This document shows positions 63,630 through 64,000 of a stretch of 64,000 nucleotides of DNA, in pieces; position 1 is the stretch's first letter, and each line of letters starts with the position of its first letter. The stretch is from Candidatus Latescibacterota bacterium (GTDB taxonomy: Bacteria > Latescibacterota > UBA2968). The notes beneath the pieces are model-generated. The model did not search any database and had not been told where the DNA came from. It worked only from the letters and a program-made list of their open reading frames with translations. The stretch spans positions 2,752,001 through 2,816,000 of the forward strand of contig OZ240241.1 in the NCBI GenBank assembly GCA_965198115.1. The letters run 5' to 3'. Both the position numbers and the translations under genes were made by a program.

Positions 63630-64000
63630 CTATTTGCTCGGGTCTACCTCCGCTATTCGGGTCTGATAGGGAAGGCAGGCGTCGATCTCGTTTTCGATCG
63701 CCTTTATCAACGACGAGATTTCTCGTCCCGTTTCTTCGTCGATCCCCGGCTGACGATTGGGTGCGCGCTCGATCGTAGTGGTAAAAACACCTCGACGCTT
63801 GAGTATGTAACGCATAAACGGGTGCGATTCGAGGTTGATCAGCGGCAGTACGCGACGGTGCAATTCACGTGCACGCTCCTCCTCCCCATCCCACCAAAAC
63901 TCGACGACTTTGGTCAACACATCACCCAGCTCGCACGCCGGCATGCATCCGTTCGCTCCCCGACGCAGCTCATCGGGCAGGTTCTTACCCGCTGCGCCCC
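63630..64000 (-). CDS. Dihydrodipicolinate synthase (DapA) family protein, 3' part
   Basis: ..ELRRGANGCMPACE..A.ELH.RVLPLI..LKRRGV..R.P; runs off the window edge. Confidence 0.7.
   Translation of the reverse strand, partial: GAAGKNLPDELRRGANGCMPACELGDVLTKVVEFWWDGEEERARELHRRVLPLINLESHPFMRYILKRRGVFTTTIERAPNRQPGIDEETGREISSLIKAIENEIDACLPYQTRIAEVDPSK

Overview
GC-rich bacterial chromosomal segment, most likely from a Latescibacterota/Poribacteria-like organism. This is an inference from tandem DUF6785-type membrane proteins, several PhyH dioxygenases and a surface protein ending in a dockerin/EF-hand-like DFDxDGxVxFxDF motif. About 11.5 kb (about 18%) is insertion sequence: 2x IS256, 3x full ISL3 plus a partial copy, IS1182, IS1380, IS630 and a second IS256-type fragment. 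Several IS copies sit inside host genes with clean target-site duplications: a sigma-70 factor, a PhyH dioxygenase (tandem ISL3 dimer) and a phosphotransferase (IS256 inside IS630 inside the gene). Host genes are mostly catabolic or transport genes: CocE hydrolases, PhyH, a BHMT-like methyltransferase, a UxuA-like dehydratase, a Mo-hydroxylase LMS cluster, a sugar ABC transporter, an enolase-superfamily enzyme and an M28 peptidase. Roughly 15 single-base frameshifts, mostly in short homopolymers, could be long-read errors, but IS disruptions, deletions and G-to-A substitutions at conserved glycines point to real genome erosion. The best candidate for something new is an ORF-poor stretch of about 780 nt (about 3350-4130) upstream of the sigma factor. 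It has a promoter-like 5' end, a chain of long hairpins (two are 115-nt tandem repeats with a compensatory base change) and an intrinsic terminator, so it is a putative large structured ncRNA or leader. No rRNA, tRNA or CRISPR array was seen.
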